64,000 nucleotides of DNA. It comes from Octopus sinensis. Its lineage: Eukaryota. The DNA lies in contig NC_043005.1 in NCBI RefSeq assembly GCF_006345805.1, positions 106,020,001 through 106,084,000 of the forward strand. The letters run 5' to 3'. Position numbers and translations under genes: made by a program. Position 1 is the stretch's first letter, and each line of letters starts with the position of its first letter. Under the pieces are notes generated by a model. It worked only from the letters and a program-made list of their open reading frames with translations. It was not told the DNA's origin and did not search any database. This document shows positions 23,875-36,967 of this stretch, one piece after another.

Positions 23875-24627
23875 TATATATAGTTCTAAATGAATATGTG
23901 TAATGTGGATAAAAGATAGTTTGTAATAGTTTTATACATCTTTGGATGTCAAAGTCTTCTAGTGATTGTGTAGTAACTGGTCACTGCCAAACACTTTACT
24001 GTATCTCAGCTATAGCATATAAGATAACTAAAATACTGTAAAAATACAGCTACAATGACTCTACCAGGGTGGGATTATTTTCATCCCAACAAACAGTCCG
24101 GATGAGAATTATTGCAGAACAAGTCATGCTCATGAAAATCAAGGCTTGCAGTCGTAAACAAAAGAGAACAACAACAATAACAACCAACAACAACAAAGGC
24201 AGCTGCAATAGCAAAAACAACAACAGCAAAAACAGCCACTACCTTATTGAGTTTGCACTAATGAGGGAGCTTCTATATATGTGTATCAGAGGTGTTAGAA
24301 ATAGCAGTTGAATCTTCCTTAAATCATGTCTTTCTCTCTTGGAAAAAAAATCTCATTTTACAATGTGATCCAAGATAAACTATCTCTGATAAAATGGGTA
24401 GAATTGCCTCAGGGCTGGGAAGTTTTTTGAGTATAGGTCTCCATGATCCTACAGTTACAATAACAATAACAACAAAAAAAAATGCTATGCAATATTTTCT
24501 TTCGTTATTCTCGATTTCTATTTAATTGTAATTATTCTGTCAGGAATTATATTTTATTTCTATTTAACTTTCAGTTTCATTTTCTTTTTCTTTTTCTGCA
24601 CTCTCTAAAACACACTCTGCCCCCCCT

Positions 24628-24666
<39 letters not shown>

Positions 24667-24678
24667 ATATATATATAT

Positions 24679-24731
<53 letters not shown>

Positions 24732-24808
24732 CTATCTATCTATCTTCTGCTCTAACACTCTCATTAGTTAAGCTCAGCTCATTAATTATACTTTCTTCTG
24801 TGTTACTA

Positions 24809-24840
<32 letters not shown>

Positions 24841-25399
24841 TCTTTCTTTTCACTTATTGCTCATCCTCTTTCTTTCCCTTGCACTCCTCATCCTTGCACT
24901 CTTCCTCTTTATTTTCCCCCTTTGTTGTAGCTGCAAGTGTGTGTGTGTGGGGGGGGGAGCAGGGTTGGTGAGGGCTAATCGGAAGTGTTATTGATACTGT
25001 TGTTGCAATTTTTGTTGTTGTTGCTATTGTTGTTTACACTATTGATGTTGTTGTAGCTGCGTTCTTGTTGCTACTTGAAGGGAAGGGGAGGATGTTGTTG
25101 TTGTTGTTGTTGTTGACTTTATCGTTAATCATTCTCTTGTTATTGTTGTTGTAGGTGCAAAAATGTTATTGATACTGTTGCTGCTGCTATTGTTGTTGTT
25201 GTTGTTGTCATCATTAACTACAAGAGCAGAAGTATTCTTGTTGAGGCTGCTGCTGCTGCTGCTGTTGCTGCTGCTGTTATTGTTGTTGTTGTTGTTACAG
25301 GAGAAAATTACCATTATATTACAGGCAATAAAACTCCACATAATAATAACTTTGGCTAAAATTTTGCAAAGACACTTCCACCTGCTCTGGTTGAAGACC

Positions 25400-25414
25400 A
25401 ATAATGATAATAAC

Positions 25415-25446
<32 letters not shown>

Positions 25447-26460
25447 GGAAGATAATAATAATCACAAAAATGGCAACCATTATAATTTCAAAACAACAAC
25501 AATAATAATTAATATAATAAGAACGATAATAATAATAATAATAATGATAATAATGATAATAATAATAATGATGATGATGATAATAATAATAATAATAATA
25601 ATAATGATAATAATAGTAATGAAGATAATAATAATCACAAAAACAGCAACCATTATAATTTCGAAACAACAACAATAATAATTAATATAAGAACAATAAT
25701 AATAATAATAATGATAATAATAATAATTATAACAATAATAGCGATAATGATAAGGATGATGATAACGGACTAACGTTGATGTATGGACTAGGTTTGCAGT
25801 AGTCATAATTATTCTAGTGATTGTCACCACTGCCAGTTATTTAACAAATCTTTTTTTCCATCCCACAATGCACCCACCACCACCACCACCCCTGCCACCA
25901 CTGCAACAACAACAACAACAAAATCCACAAACGCCACCATTACCTTTGCTGCCACTAACACCCTCACTCACACTGCGAGCACTGCCACCACATCCATTGA
26001 GATCCTCCCATTTCCCATTCGAAAGGAAAGAAGAAAAAATTTTTAAATCCTCAAAAAAGGAAATCCAGTGAAAAAGAGAAACAAATTTGAAAAAAAAACT
26101 CTCTTTCCCTCACTCTCTCTCTCTTTTTTTCTCTCTCTCCTTCTCTCTCTCTTTCTCTCTCGTTCTTTCACTCTCCCCACCTAAACTCAGACATCAGTCT
26201 CTAAACTATTACTGTTACCTTCTTCCCCACTTGGTCTTAAGTCACTCCCACCCCACACCCATATCCCCTATTGTCATAATCATTGTAGACCACTCCCCCA
26301 CCCCCCCCCAAAACACACTACCCATCCCTTCTCACTTTCCTTCCATTCCCTACCATTTTCACAGACATCACATATTGCATTTCCGATATGTCCGGTATCT
26401 TCATTTAACTGAAAACAAAATTTTTTTTTAATAATGATTATCATGATCATGACGATGATG

Positions 26461-26552
<92 letters not shown>

Positions 26553-26815
26553 AATAATAATAATAATGATAATAATAATAATAATAATTTCTTTTATTTG
26601 CCACCAAGGCAAAAGATGAGGGGGACAATACAGAAATAGACATCAAGTGTGGAGGTTTACTTAAAATGAAATGAGAGAAAAATATATATATGATAGTAAT
26701 GATAATGATAATACAATAATAATAATATATTAATAATAATGATAAAATAATAATAATAATGATAATAATAATAATAATAATAATAATGATGATAATAATA
26801 ATAATGATAATAATG

Positions 26816-26874
<59 letters not shown>

Positions 26875-27290
26875 GATAATAATAATAATATGATAATAAT
26901 GATAATGATAATAATGATAAAATAATAATGATAATAATGATAATAATAATAATTAATAATGATAAAAATTAATAAATAATGAAATAATAATAATAATAAT
27001 AATAATGATAATAATAATAATGATAATGATAATAATGATAATAATAATAATGAAATAATAATAATAATGATAATAATAATAATAATAATAATGATAATAA
27101 AAATAATAATAATGATAATAATGATAATAATAATAATAATAATAATAATGATATAATGATAATAAATAATAATAAGGAAGATAATAATATAATAATAATA
27201 ATAAATAATAATAATAATAATAATAATAATGATAATAATAATAATAATAACGATGATGATAATAAGTACTACTACTACTACTAACAATTA
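25400..27290. repeat. Large (AAT)n/(GAT)n low-complexity blocks (25400-25760, 26430-26590, 26690-27290)
   Basis: Direct inspection; the blocks are separated by pyrimidine-rich simple sequence. Confidence 0.85.
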
Positions 27291-27407
27291 TAATATCAAC
27301 AAAATTTTCACACACATGTACATAATATGTGCTTATATGTGCACACCTATATGTATATATATATATATATATACGATATACATGTATACCATATATATAT
27401 ATATGTA

Positions 27408-27506
27408 TCAGATCGGAGCCTGGCACAGCCATCTGGTTCGCCAGTCCTCAGTCAAATCGTCCAACCCATGCTAGCATGGAAAGTGGACGTTAAGGATGAT
27501 GATGAT
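27408..27506 (+). mobile_element. LINE-end family C, short
   Basis: CGTCCAACCCATGCTAGCATGGAAAGTGGACGTTAAG(GAT)n. Confidence 0.8.
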
Positions 27507-27530
27507 TGATGATATATATATATATTATAT

Positions 27531-27921
27531 CTCTTTCTCTTTTACTTGTTCAGTCATTTGACTGCGGCCATGCTGGAGCACCGCCTTTAGTCGAGCAAAC
27601 GACCCCGGGACTTATTCTTTGTAAGCCCAGTACTATCGGATCTTTTTGCCGAACCGCTAAGTGATGGGGACGTAAACACACCAGCTCGGTTGTCAAGCAA
27701 TGCTAGGGGGACAAACACAGACACCAAACACACATACATATATATATATATACATATATACGACAGGCTTCTTTCAGTTTCGTCTACCAAAATCCACTCA
27801 CAAGGCATTGGTTGGCCCGGGGCTATAGCAGAAGACATTGCCCAAGATGCCACGCAGTGGGACTGAACCCGGAACCATGAGGTTGGTTAGCAAGCTACTT
27901 ACCACAAGCCACTCCTGCGCC
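27531..27921 (-). mobile_element. SINE-A, full length
   Basis: Reverse complement of the consensus. Confidence 0.95.
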
Positions 27922-27922
27922 T

Positions 27923-27963
<41 letters not shown>

Positions 27964-27971
27964 GGTGTATA

Positions 27972-28009
<38 letters not shown>

Positions 28010-28359
28010 TATATGTATATATATGTATATCTGTATATATATACCATGATAAACATCTATATAATATATTATCTATATAATATATATATGAGTCAGATAA
28101 AGAAAAGAAAACAAAGAAACTAAACAAACAGGAAGATAAATACTACTCTCAGAAATATCAAACCACCCCAGATTTTTACTTCGAAAGTACCTCCTGCAAT
28201 ACCAATAAGATCGTTAATAATAGTAGCAACAACAGTTGTAGCAAGAAGAACAACAACAGCTTACAATAATAAATATAAATAACCAACTAACTTTGCTAAT
28301 ATTCAAACACTATTTTCCATACTTTCAACATTGTTGTTGTCTGTTCCTTCTCAAACCAT

Positions 28360-28762
28360 GCCTGGCTCATAAGGTCTGAGTTACCAGTGCTGGTGGCACG
28401 TAAGAGAGCCATCCGTTCGTGACTGTTGCCAGCACCGCCCCGACTGGCCTCGTGCCGGTGGCACGTAAAAGCACCGTCCGCTCGTGTCCGTTGCCAGCCT
28501 CGCCTGGCCCCCGTGCTGGTGGCACATAAAAGCACCATCCCTTCGTGGCCGTTTGCGAGCTCTGTCTGGCACCTGTGTTGGTGGCACGTAAAAAGCACCC
28601 ACTACACTCACGGAGTGGTTGGCGTTAGGAAGGGCATCCAGCCGTAGAAACACTGCCAGATCAGACTGGCCTGGAGCAGCCTTCTGGCTTCACAGACCCC
28701 AGTTGAACCGTCCAACCCATGCTAGCATGGAAAGTGGACGCTAAATGGTGATGATGATGATG
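28360..28762 (+). mobile_element. LINE-end family C with 4 tandem units of about 60 bp
   Basis: GTGYYGGTGGCACRTAA..GC.. units starting near 28387, 28452, 28513 and 28575, then the standard 3' end and (GAT)n. Confidence 0.9.
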
Positions 28763-30019
28763 AACATTATGCAACGACCTTGTAAATATATTCAATACAC
28801 CTGTGATTGTTTGTCCATCTGTTTTCATTAAAATATGCATCATATATGCATTCATATGGTGACTGTTCACTCATGATTGAAGAAGGCCATCGCTGACCAT
28901 TGCTTATGCAAAATATCAGCAATGCCTGTGTATAAGTTTATTTTACCCATGGTCATCTTCATCTGGGCTCACTCCGGTGGTTTCTGTGCTTGTTGTAATG
29001 TCCTATTACTTAACCGGGCATCAGAAAGTCACTTTGCCAGTGATCATGCAACCTAAAGTTTCAGATGCAATAAGGCCTGCACAATATTTCACAGACCCTT
29101 TCCAACCCTATCAACATGATCCAAAAGTAAAACTAGGGCAAGATATTCAGTGCCGATATGGGTCATAAGCTTAGGAATGTGGAAGCACCATGATCTCAAG
29201 CACAAGCAAAAGATCTTTAAAATGTCGACTGCCATTCCCTGTACATCCAGTTTTATATCAGAGTGACCTTCTCCTTGGGACATGCTTTGACAAAAGCTGA
29301 GTGGTGCCTCACTTGTTGTGGTCTTCCAGCATGCTGAATATCAGCCTGGAATTTCTGAGGGCCCATGGTATCGCTAGACAATCATTGGTGATACAGTGTG
29401 ACTATGCTTAAGAAAATAGTGTGTAATCTTGATTAGGGACATTGAATGGTAGAATGAACAGAGGTGTAGGATAGACATTGAGACAGGGGAGTTCTGTTAT
29501 ATAGTATATCATGTACTGCATTAAATAGACTACAGCTGACATAATCCAGCTCCATCTAGTACACCATTGACTATTTTGGTGGCAGTACATGGTTCCATAA
29601 TGGTCTCAGCTGCAGTGAGGAGAAATTAGTGCGTATGTAGTTGTATGATCTACTCAAGAAAGTAACCAAATTTGTTCAAAAATGTACCAAGTGACTTAGA
29701 AATGGTGACTGTTGATAAAGCAAGGAAATATTTTACTATCTAGTTGCTTGACCTGCCGAATAACAAGATCTCCTTTTGTGAACTGACCAATAGACTAAGT
29801 TTAGCTGATAGAGACTGTTACAGTTTCTTAGGATTTAAACATGTCTAACCACAGCAGAGTGTATAATAGATTATATGTACTGGATGAAATAAAGGACAGT
29901 TGATATAATGCATTACACAAAGCACACCAGCTATAATATATTAAAGGCATGATAGCTGTGCTATATTAAATAAATTACAGTTAATATATGATGCACCACA
30001 ATATATAATATTAGCCATA

Positions 30020-30272
30020 AAATAAATAAATAAATGTGTCCTTTTAAAGCCTAGCGAGGCTCATGGGCCCGGTTTCCCAGTTTCTATGGCGTATATGTTC
30101 CCTAGCTGGATGGGATGCCAGTCCATTGCAGTGTTACTCATTTTTGCCCGCTGAGTGAACTGGAGCAACATGAAATGAAGTATTTTGCTCAAGAACACAA
30201 TGCGTCGCTTGGTCCAGTAATCGAAACCACAATCTTACGATCATGGTGCTGACACCCTAACCACTAAGCCAC
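30020..30272 (-). mobile_element. SINE-E (second head type, CORE block, tail shared with 22811)
   Basis: Minus strand: GGCTTAGTGGTTAGGGTGTC...TTGAGCAAAATACTTCATTTCATGTTGCTCCAGTTCACTCAGC...ATGGACTGGCATCCCATCCAGC. Confidence 0.85.
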
Positions 30273-30373
30273 AAATAAAGTATAGCTGATATGATATCTC
30301 CTATCATGGTATATACTGTAAAAGCCATATCACATCAAATAAAATATAACTGATGTAATACTACCCCATTGTA

Positions 30374-30745
30374 CAAGGTGGTATCACAAAGTCCTCAAAT
30401 GCTTTCTGCAGTGCACCAACAGATGGCTGCACATGGTTGCGTGTGTAATGAGAGCTAGTTGTCACCTTCGTGAGGCAGTGTGTCAGGTGACATCACTGTG
30501 TTTACTTCACAAGTTGTAAAATTTGTGCTGTAGTCTATGATTTTGTCATGGACAGGAAGTTGGAACATGTGTTAAACTTGGGAAGTCTGCTACAGAGACT
30601 TTGAGCATTCTTTGGCAAGCTTAAGGTTATGAGGCAATGGGTCACATGCAATGTTTCGAGTGGCACAGGTGCTCAATCAAGAGCATGCACATAATTTTGT
30701 CTGATATCCATAGAATTGTGCATCGAGAATTCATCCTCCATGACA
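30374..30745 (+). mobile_element. Mariner 5' relic, internally deleted
   Basis: TA|CAAGGTGGTATCACAAAG; VKLGKSATETLSILWQA*GYEAMGHMQCFEWH then IILSDIHRIVHREFI. Confidence 0.8.
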
Positions 30746-30761
30746 ATTGAGAGTTCTACTG

Positions 30762-30802
<41 letters not shown>

Positions 30803-30809
30803 GTGTGTG

Positions 30810-31014
30810 TGTGTGTCCCCACCGTTTGGCAACTGGTTTTGGTGTGTTTACGTCCCCGTAACTTAGCAGTTCCACTAGAAGACATCGATAGAATAAATAC
30901 TAGAGGCTTAAAAGAAAATCCTGGAGTAGATTCATTTGTCTCATACCCTTCAAGGTGGTGCCCCAGCATGACCGCAGTCAAATGATTGAAGCAAGAAAAA
31001 GATATAAAAGATAT
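30810..31014 (+). mobile_element. SINE-A second half only
   Basis: GTGTTTACGTCCCCGTAACTTAGC...GGTGCCCCAGCATGACCGCAGTCAAATGA. Confidence 0.8.
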
Positions 31015-31050
31015 ATGTGCGTGTGTGTGTGTGTTCACTTAAGTTAGTGT

Positions 31051-31278
31051 AGGTGAGCTGGCTGAATTGTTAGTACGCTGGGCGAAATGCTTAGCAGTAT
31101 TTCGTCTGCCGCTACGTTCTGAGTTCAAATTCTGCCGGGGTCGACTTTACCTTTCATCCTTTCAGGGTCGATTAAATAAGTACCAGTTACGCACTGGGGT
31201 GGATATAATAGACTTAATTCGTTTGTCTGTCCTTGTTTGTCCTCTCTGTGTTTAGTCCCTCGTGGGTAGTAAAGAATT
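31051..31278 (+). mobile_element. SINE-B
   Basis: GGTGAGCTGGC head through GGGTAGTAAAGAA. Confidence 0.9.
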
Positions 31279-33721
31279 AGTGTATGTCTGCATTTGTGTA
31301 TGCATGTATATATGTATATATGTATGTATATATGTATATATGTATGTATATATGTATGTATGTGAGTTGTGCCTGTGTATTGCTGCCATTTTGTTACCAT
31401 TATCATCTGTTTTATTGCGCAGTTTACATAGTCGGTACCTTCAGTATTCTTCAAGCTTTATGCTCATTTGCCTGTTTGTCATCAGTCGATTCTTCATTGT
31501 TCAACTGTCATTCAACTGTGACCACTTCAGACATTTTTTGTTTATTTTTATGATATTTTGTTTTTATTTAGAATTTTTGAATATAAATTTTTTTTCTTCT
31601 CTTTTTAAGAGGATAGGAAGTAATTAGAGGGAGATTTAGCTGCTAATTCTAGCAGATCTAACATGTATGTGTGTGTGTGTATTTGGATGTATGTTTGCAT
31701 GTATTTGTGTGTCAGCTTATGTCTGTGTTTATATGCGTATATCTGTATGAGAATATTTAAAATATTCTTGGAAACTATCGGAGGGGAGGGGAATATTTTT
31801 AAGGGGGACACATTTCTTCTCCCTAAAATCCCTACCAATATTTGCACCACCATCACCACCACCGCCATCATTACCACCAGTTCTACTATCACCAACAAAG
31901 AATAAAAACTATCAGTTTAAAAAAATTATTGAATACATTATACAATCACATTTTCCTCCTCCTCCTCCTCTTCTTCTTCTTCTTCTTCTTCTTCTTCTTC
32001 TTCTTCTTCTTCTTCTTCTATCTATTCCTTCTTCTTTTCCTTCTTTTTGGCTTCCTCCTTCCAGTCCCCCTCCCACCTCTTACACCAACCACTCCCTCCA
32101 CCACTAATGTTTATGGTAATAATAATAATCATGAATTATATAAAGTTCAGGGGGTTCATTTTATAATTTTAAGGGCCATGGGTGGGTGTCAGATGCCATA
32201 GGTGGAGATAGCAGTAGTAGTAGTAGTAGTGGTGGTGGTGGTGGTGGGCAGTAGGAGGTGTTTGAGTTCGCTTTAAATTATAACACAGTTGGGGCTAATA
32301 TTGTTTTGGAAAGTGCAGAGGGATTCAGATGGGAGCGAAGGATGAGCTAATTATCATCATCATTATCCTTATTATTATTATTATTATTATTATTGGTTTT
32401 TATTAATTTTTAACTTTTTATTAAAAATACTTTCTGATGTTTTTTCTTCATTATTTTTACCTCTGCTTTTAGAATTTTTCAATTTTTTTTTTTTTTGGTG
32501 GGAGTAGGGTATGGGTGTGTTGGTGTCTGTTTGTGGTGGTGTGGAAGTTAGCATTGTGGGTGAGGAGACATTGATTCCATTTCCACATTTAGCACTCCCA
32601 CCCCACCGTGCACACACACACACACACATATATGTCTTCATCACCTATGTTGTTTCATCACCATCACCATCACCTACCCCCACCACCATCACCTACCCCC
32701 ACCACCATCACCTACCCCCACCACCACCACCAACACCATTTCCAGCCTACAGGCCCCTGAGTTTTCATCCTCCATCTCACTTCAGCAATTCTTAAATCTC
32801 CTTTATCACTTCATATTAACTGCCAATCACACCAGTATCTTGCTCTCCCTTTGTGTCTTCCTTGCTCTCCTCCTATCGTTTTCTTTCTCCTTTGTTTTCC
32901 CCTCATCTCTGTCTCCCTCTCTTCCTATCTTCTTTCTCCCTAACTCCCTTTATCTTCATTTCCTCATGCACCCACTAAACCATTCTCTTCAATTATTCTC
33001 TCCTTCTCTTCTCTCATGCTCTCCATATATTTTCTCTTTCTACATCCCTCCCCCTTCTCCTCCTCCTCCTCCTCCTCCTCATCTATCCCAGAAATAGAGA
33101 GAAGCAGACCTTTAGATGTCTCCAGTATATTCCTACAACTCTCTCTCTCTCTCCCTCACATACACTACATATCATTTGGTCACTTTCTCTCTTTCTCTCT
33201 CTCTCGCTCTTTTATATTATATCTATCTCTCTTTCTCTCTCTCCTTGTTCTCCCACCCTCTATCTCTTTTGCATTATATGTACAACTTGTCTATCAGACT
33301 CTTTCTTTCTCTCTCTCTTTCTCTCTCTCTTTCACTCCTTATCTCTCTCCCTCTCTTTCTCTTACTTCCACTTTCCCTCACACTTACTACCTTTCTAACT
33401 CTTTTCCTCATACTCCCCACTAAACTGTTCATATACACCAACCACATCCAAAATCCTAATATTCAGTTAATCTCTCACACATGTGTACCTATTGCAGTAA
33501 ATATACAGCTATTAAGTCCCTCCTTTATCTTCACCCTCTATTTGCATTATAACTACCCAGGTGACACTGACATTTGATCCACTTTTTTTCGGAAATGACA
33601 ACATTGGTCTTTGACTTGATGATCAAATCTCTTAAAACAAAATATTCTTCCAGCTTTTGATTATTTTTGGTAATTCTTTCAGATATTCAATGAAAATTGA
33701 ATGGAAATAGTAGTTAAGACA

Positions 33722-33958
33722 CCCATGCCAGTGACACGTTAAAAGAAAAGTACCGTCCGAACGTGGCAGATGCCAGCGCTGTGTGGCTGGCGTCTGTGTC
33801 GGTGACACGTAAAAGCACCAACCGATTGTGGCCGTTTGCCAGTCTCCTCTGGTCCCTGGGCCGGTGGCATGTAAAAAGCACCCACTCCACTTACGGAGTG
33901 GTTGGTGTTAGGAAGGGCATCCAGCTGTAGAAACACTGCCAGATCAGACTGGTGCCTG
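33722..33958 (+). mobile_element. LINE-end family C with 3 internal units, tail missing
   Basis: GTGACACGT(T)AAAAG twice and GGTGGCATGTAAAAAGCACC, then GGTTGGTGTTAGGAAGGGCATCCAGC. Confidence 0.8.
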
Positions 33959-34204
33959 ATATAAGCATCCTGTTTGACAAAAAATCCAGCATTCCAATTA
34001 ATGAGTATAAAATCCACAGAATTGTCTCCCCGTATTCACAGGAACTGGATAACTCCCACCCCATTTCCTGTTTTGACACACAAACACCCAACTTTTTCAA
34101 GCAAAACACTTCACTTAAACACATGTCTCCTAATCCTCCAAAGAAGTTTTTCCAAGGACTATTATTGAATCTAAAAGCATAAAGACTCTACAATGTATTA
34201 TGCT

Positions 34205-34411
34205 TAGATGCAGCACGGACTTTGTCAGTGAACAGGTCGCGGATTTTAGCGACGAAAATATTTTGACAAATTAAACTTAAATGTTGAAGTGAATCGAACG
34301 GCTTTTGTGTGTTTCTTAAATGGCTTACAAACACCTTCCACGCTGCAATTGTTTTCGTTTCAGCACACGATCTCAGATCAAATTACTTGCTATGCGAGTA
34401 CATCTCCGTAA
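34205..34411 (+). mobile_element. Penelope-like repeat family F
   Basis: AGATGCAGCACGG...GTACATCTCCGTAA; homologous to 8788 and 39451; carries a hammerhead motif. Confidence 0.75.
34221..34270 (+). ncRNA. Minimal type I hammerhead ribozyme candidate with G3:C8 compensatory core
   Basis: UUUGUCA [GUGAACA] G GUCGC-GGAUUUUA-GCGAC GAA AAUAUU U | UGACAAA: 7-bp stem I, 5-bp stem II, palindromic stem III, NUH = UUU. Confidence 0.7.
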
Positions 34412-34675
34412 CATATTATTATTTTTTGGAAAAAAACATTGTAAATTTCTTTTTTCCCCTTCCCTCAATTTAAAAACAATTTTTCCCCCTTCCAAATCTT
34501 GATTAATCTTGAAAATTTGCCTTGCAATGAAAGCTAGTTTGATTTCTTTTTTCTTTTTTAATTTTTCATATACCCATTTTTATTAAAATTTACTTTCTAT
34601 TTAGCCTTTATTATTTTTCCTCTCCTATCATTTCTCCACGTGTGGTTAACACAACTCCACCATTTACTGAATTAT

Positions 34676-34706
<31 letters not shown>

Positions 34707-34979
34707 TATACACACGAAGAGAGAGACAACATAGATAAATTTATTTGTAAGATATGAGATAAGCAGCTAAGACGTCTGAAGTGCAGATGTTTCCACTGTC
34801 AGTACACCATGTCTAAAGCCAAGACAGCCATTTCTTGCTCAGTCCACCTAAACAAGAAGCGGGTACCTGCCCTGTGTAGGTACCACCATGGGTAGTGTGG
34901 TTAACCATTATAATTCATCATTGACCTACAAATGTTCAGTCTCACTAAATTGGAGGAACCTGCAAGAGGCAAGGACAGT

Positions 34980-35450
34980 GTACCTTCTTCTTCTTCTTCT
35001 CCTCCCCCTTCTTCTTTTTCTTCTTCTTCTTCTCCTCCCCCTTCTTCTTTTTCTTCTTCTTTTTCTCCTCCTCCTCCTCCTCCTCCTTCTTCTTCTTCTT
35101 CTCCTTCTTCTTCTTCTTCTTCTCCTTTCCCTCCTTTTTCTCCTCCCCTTTCCTCCCCTCCTCCTCCTTCTTCTTCTTCTTCTTCTTCTTCTTCTTCTTC
35201 TTCTTCTTCTTCTTCTTCTTCTTCTTCTTCTCCTTCTTCTCCTCCTCCTTCTTCTTCTCCTCTCCCTCCTTTTCTTCTCCCCCTCCGCCACCACCACCTC
35301 CTATTCCTCTTCCTGCCCCCCTCCTCCTCCTCCTCACCCTCCTCCCTCCTCCCCTCATCCTACTCTCCTCCCCCTTCTTCTTCTTCTTCTTCTTCTTCTT
35401 TTTCTTCTTCTTCTACTTCTTCTTTTTCTTCTTTTTCTTCTTTTCTGACT
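34980..35450. repeat. (CTT)n/(CCT)n microsatellite
   Basis: Direct inspection. Confidence 0.95.
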
Positions 35451-35565
35451 AAAATTTGCTAACCAGCTCTATATGGAATCAGTAAACATTTCACAAGGTG
35501 GAGTACTTAGCAGCGACATCTGTGAGATGCTAATTTGAATCCTGAAAGAGATTTTATACCTCACA

Positions 35566-35743
35566 ATCATCATCATCATCATCGTTTAACATCCATTTTC
35601 CATGCTAGCATGGGTTGGACGGTTCGACTAGGGTCTGGGAAGCCAGGAGGCTGCACCAGGCTCCAGTCTGATCTGGCAGTGTTTCTACAGCTGGATGCCC
35701 TTCCTAACGCCATCCACTCCGTGAGTGTAGTGGGTGCTTTTTA
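35566..35743 (-). mobile_element. LINE-end family C
   Basis: (CAT)n GTTTAACATCCATTTTCCATGCTAGCATGGG...GTGGGTGCTTTTTA. Confidence 0.85.
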
Positions 35744-35965
35744 ATACTAAAAACACTGAACATGAGCTCTTGCCCCATTAAGGCCAAGATTTATAAAAAT
35801 GAGCTTCAGAACTATACTATTGATGGACAATAGTGATGGACAATACTGATGGTCAAGTGTCGATCATCTGACCACAGGAATACGCCATACAAGCTGCAAC
35901 TGACCAGCATGGAAAGGTAAAACCGAAACATGAACAAATAAATAACTAGGGCAATGCTATGTTAA

Positions 35966-36192
35966 GGTGAGCTGGCAGAATTGTTAGCATGCCGGGCGAA
36001 ATGCGAAGCCGTATTTTGTCTGCCGTTACGTTCTGAGTTCAAATTCCGCCAAGGTCGACTTTGCCTTTCATCTTTTCAGAGTCGATAAATTAAGTACCAG
36101 TTATGCACTGGGGTCGATGTAATCGATTTAATCTGTGTGTCTGTCCTTGTTTGTCCCCCTCCGTGTTTAGCCCCTAGTGGGTAGTAAAGAAA
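35966..36192 (+). mobile_element. SINE-B with a 9-bp target-site duplication
   Basis: ATGTTAAGG at 35959-35967 and 36193-36201 flanks the element. Confidence 0.9.
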
Positions 36193-36621
36193 ATGTTAAG
36201 GCTTTTATAAAATGGGGATTCAAACACAGCTTAATGGAGTAGAAAAATTAATACATAAATAGCTAAAGCGGTATGCATAACTTCTTGGAGTAGCAGTCGC
36301 AGTAGTGAGCAGGAGGAGGGAGAGTTGTGAAGTTCATGCCTTCTCCAAGAATATCCACTGGAATAGATTGTTACCAAGTTACAATATATGACAGGTAATT
36401 GTCGTAGATAAATAGCACAAATCTTTTGCCATATATGAGCCACCATGGCTACTACAAACACTTTGGTAGAGCCAATGTTGTATTGGTGGTAGTGGTGGTG
36501 GTGGTGACGGTAGAAGTATGGTTGTTGCACAGAGATTTATCAATGCAACAGCAATGCTGTAAAACAATTTATGAGTGCACAACCTAAATCACATGTAAAA
36601 AAAATATCAACAACAACAATG

Positions 36622-36665
<44 letters not shown>

Positions 36666-36936
36666 CATTAAAAACGCTATGTAAAATAAATACATCAGGA
36701 ATTTTATATAATTTTTTTTTATTTTCCATTATGTGTTTTTTATATTTTACATCTACCTGCCTTTTTTTCAAAAAACGAAAAAAAGAAAAAAAAATTAAAA
36801 GAAAAAACTAAAAAAAAAAACTAAAAGCGAAGATCTATCTCTGATGGAAAAGACTTTCAATACTGAAGTTCAATCTGTATTGAACACAGCTGCTACACCC
36901 AACAGTGAGCTGAATTTATATTTTTATTTACTCATT

Positions 36937-36967
<31 letters not shown>

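Noticed and set aside
28165-28205. TTTTTACTTCGAAAGTACCTCCTGCA, a possible hammerhead remnant on the minus strand
   Set aside because: Both core halves are too degenerate to support a call
28381-28600. CRISPR-like repeat-spacer appearance of the 60-bp units
   Set aside because: The spacers are homologous to each other, the array sits inside a eukaryotic retroelement end, and there are no cas genes
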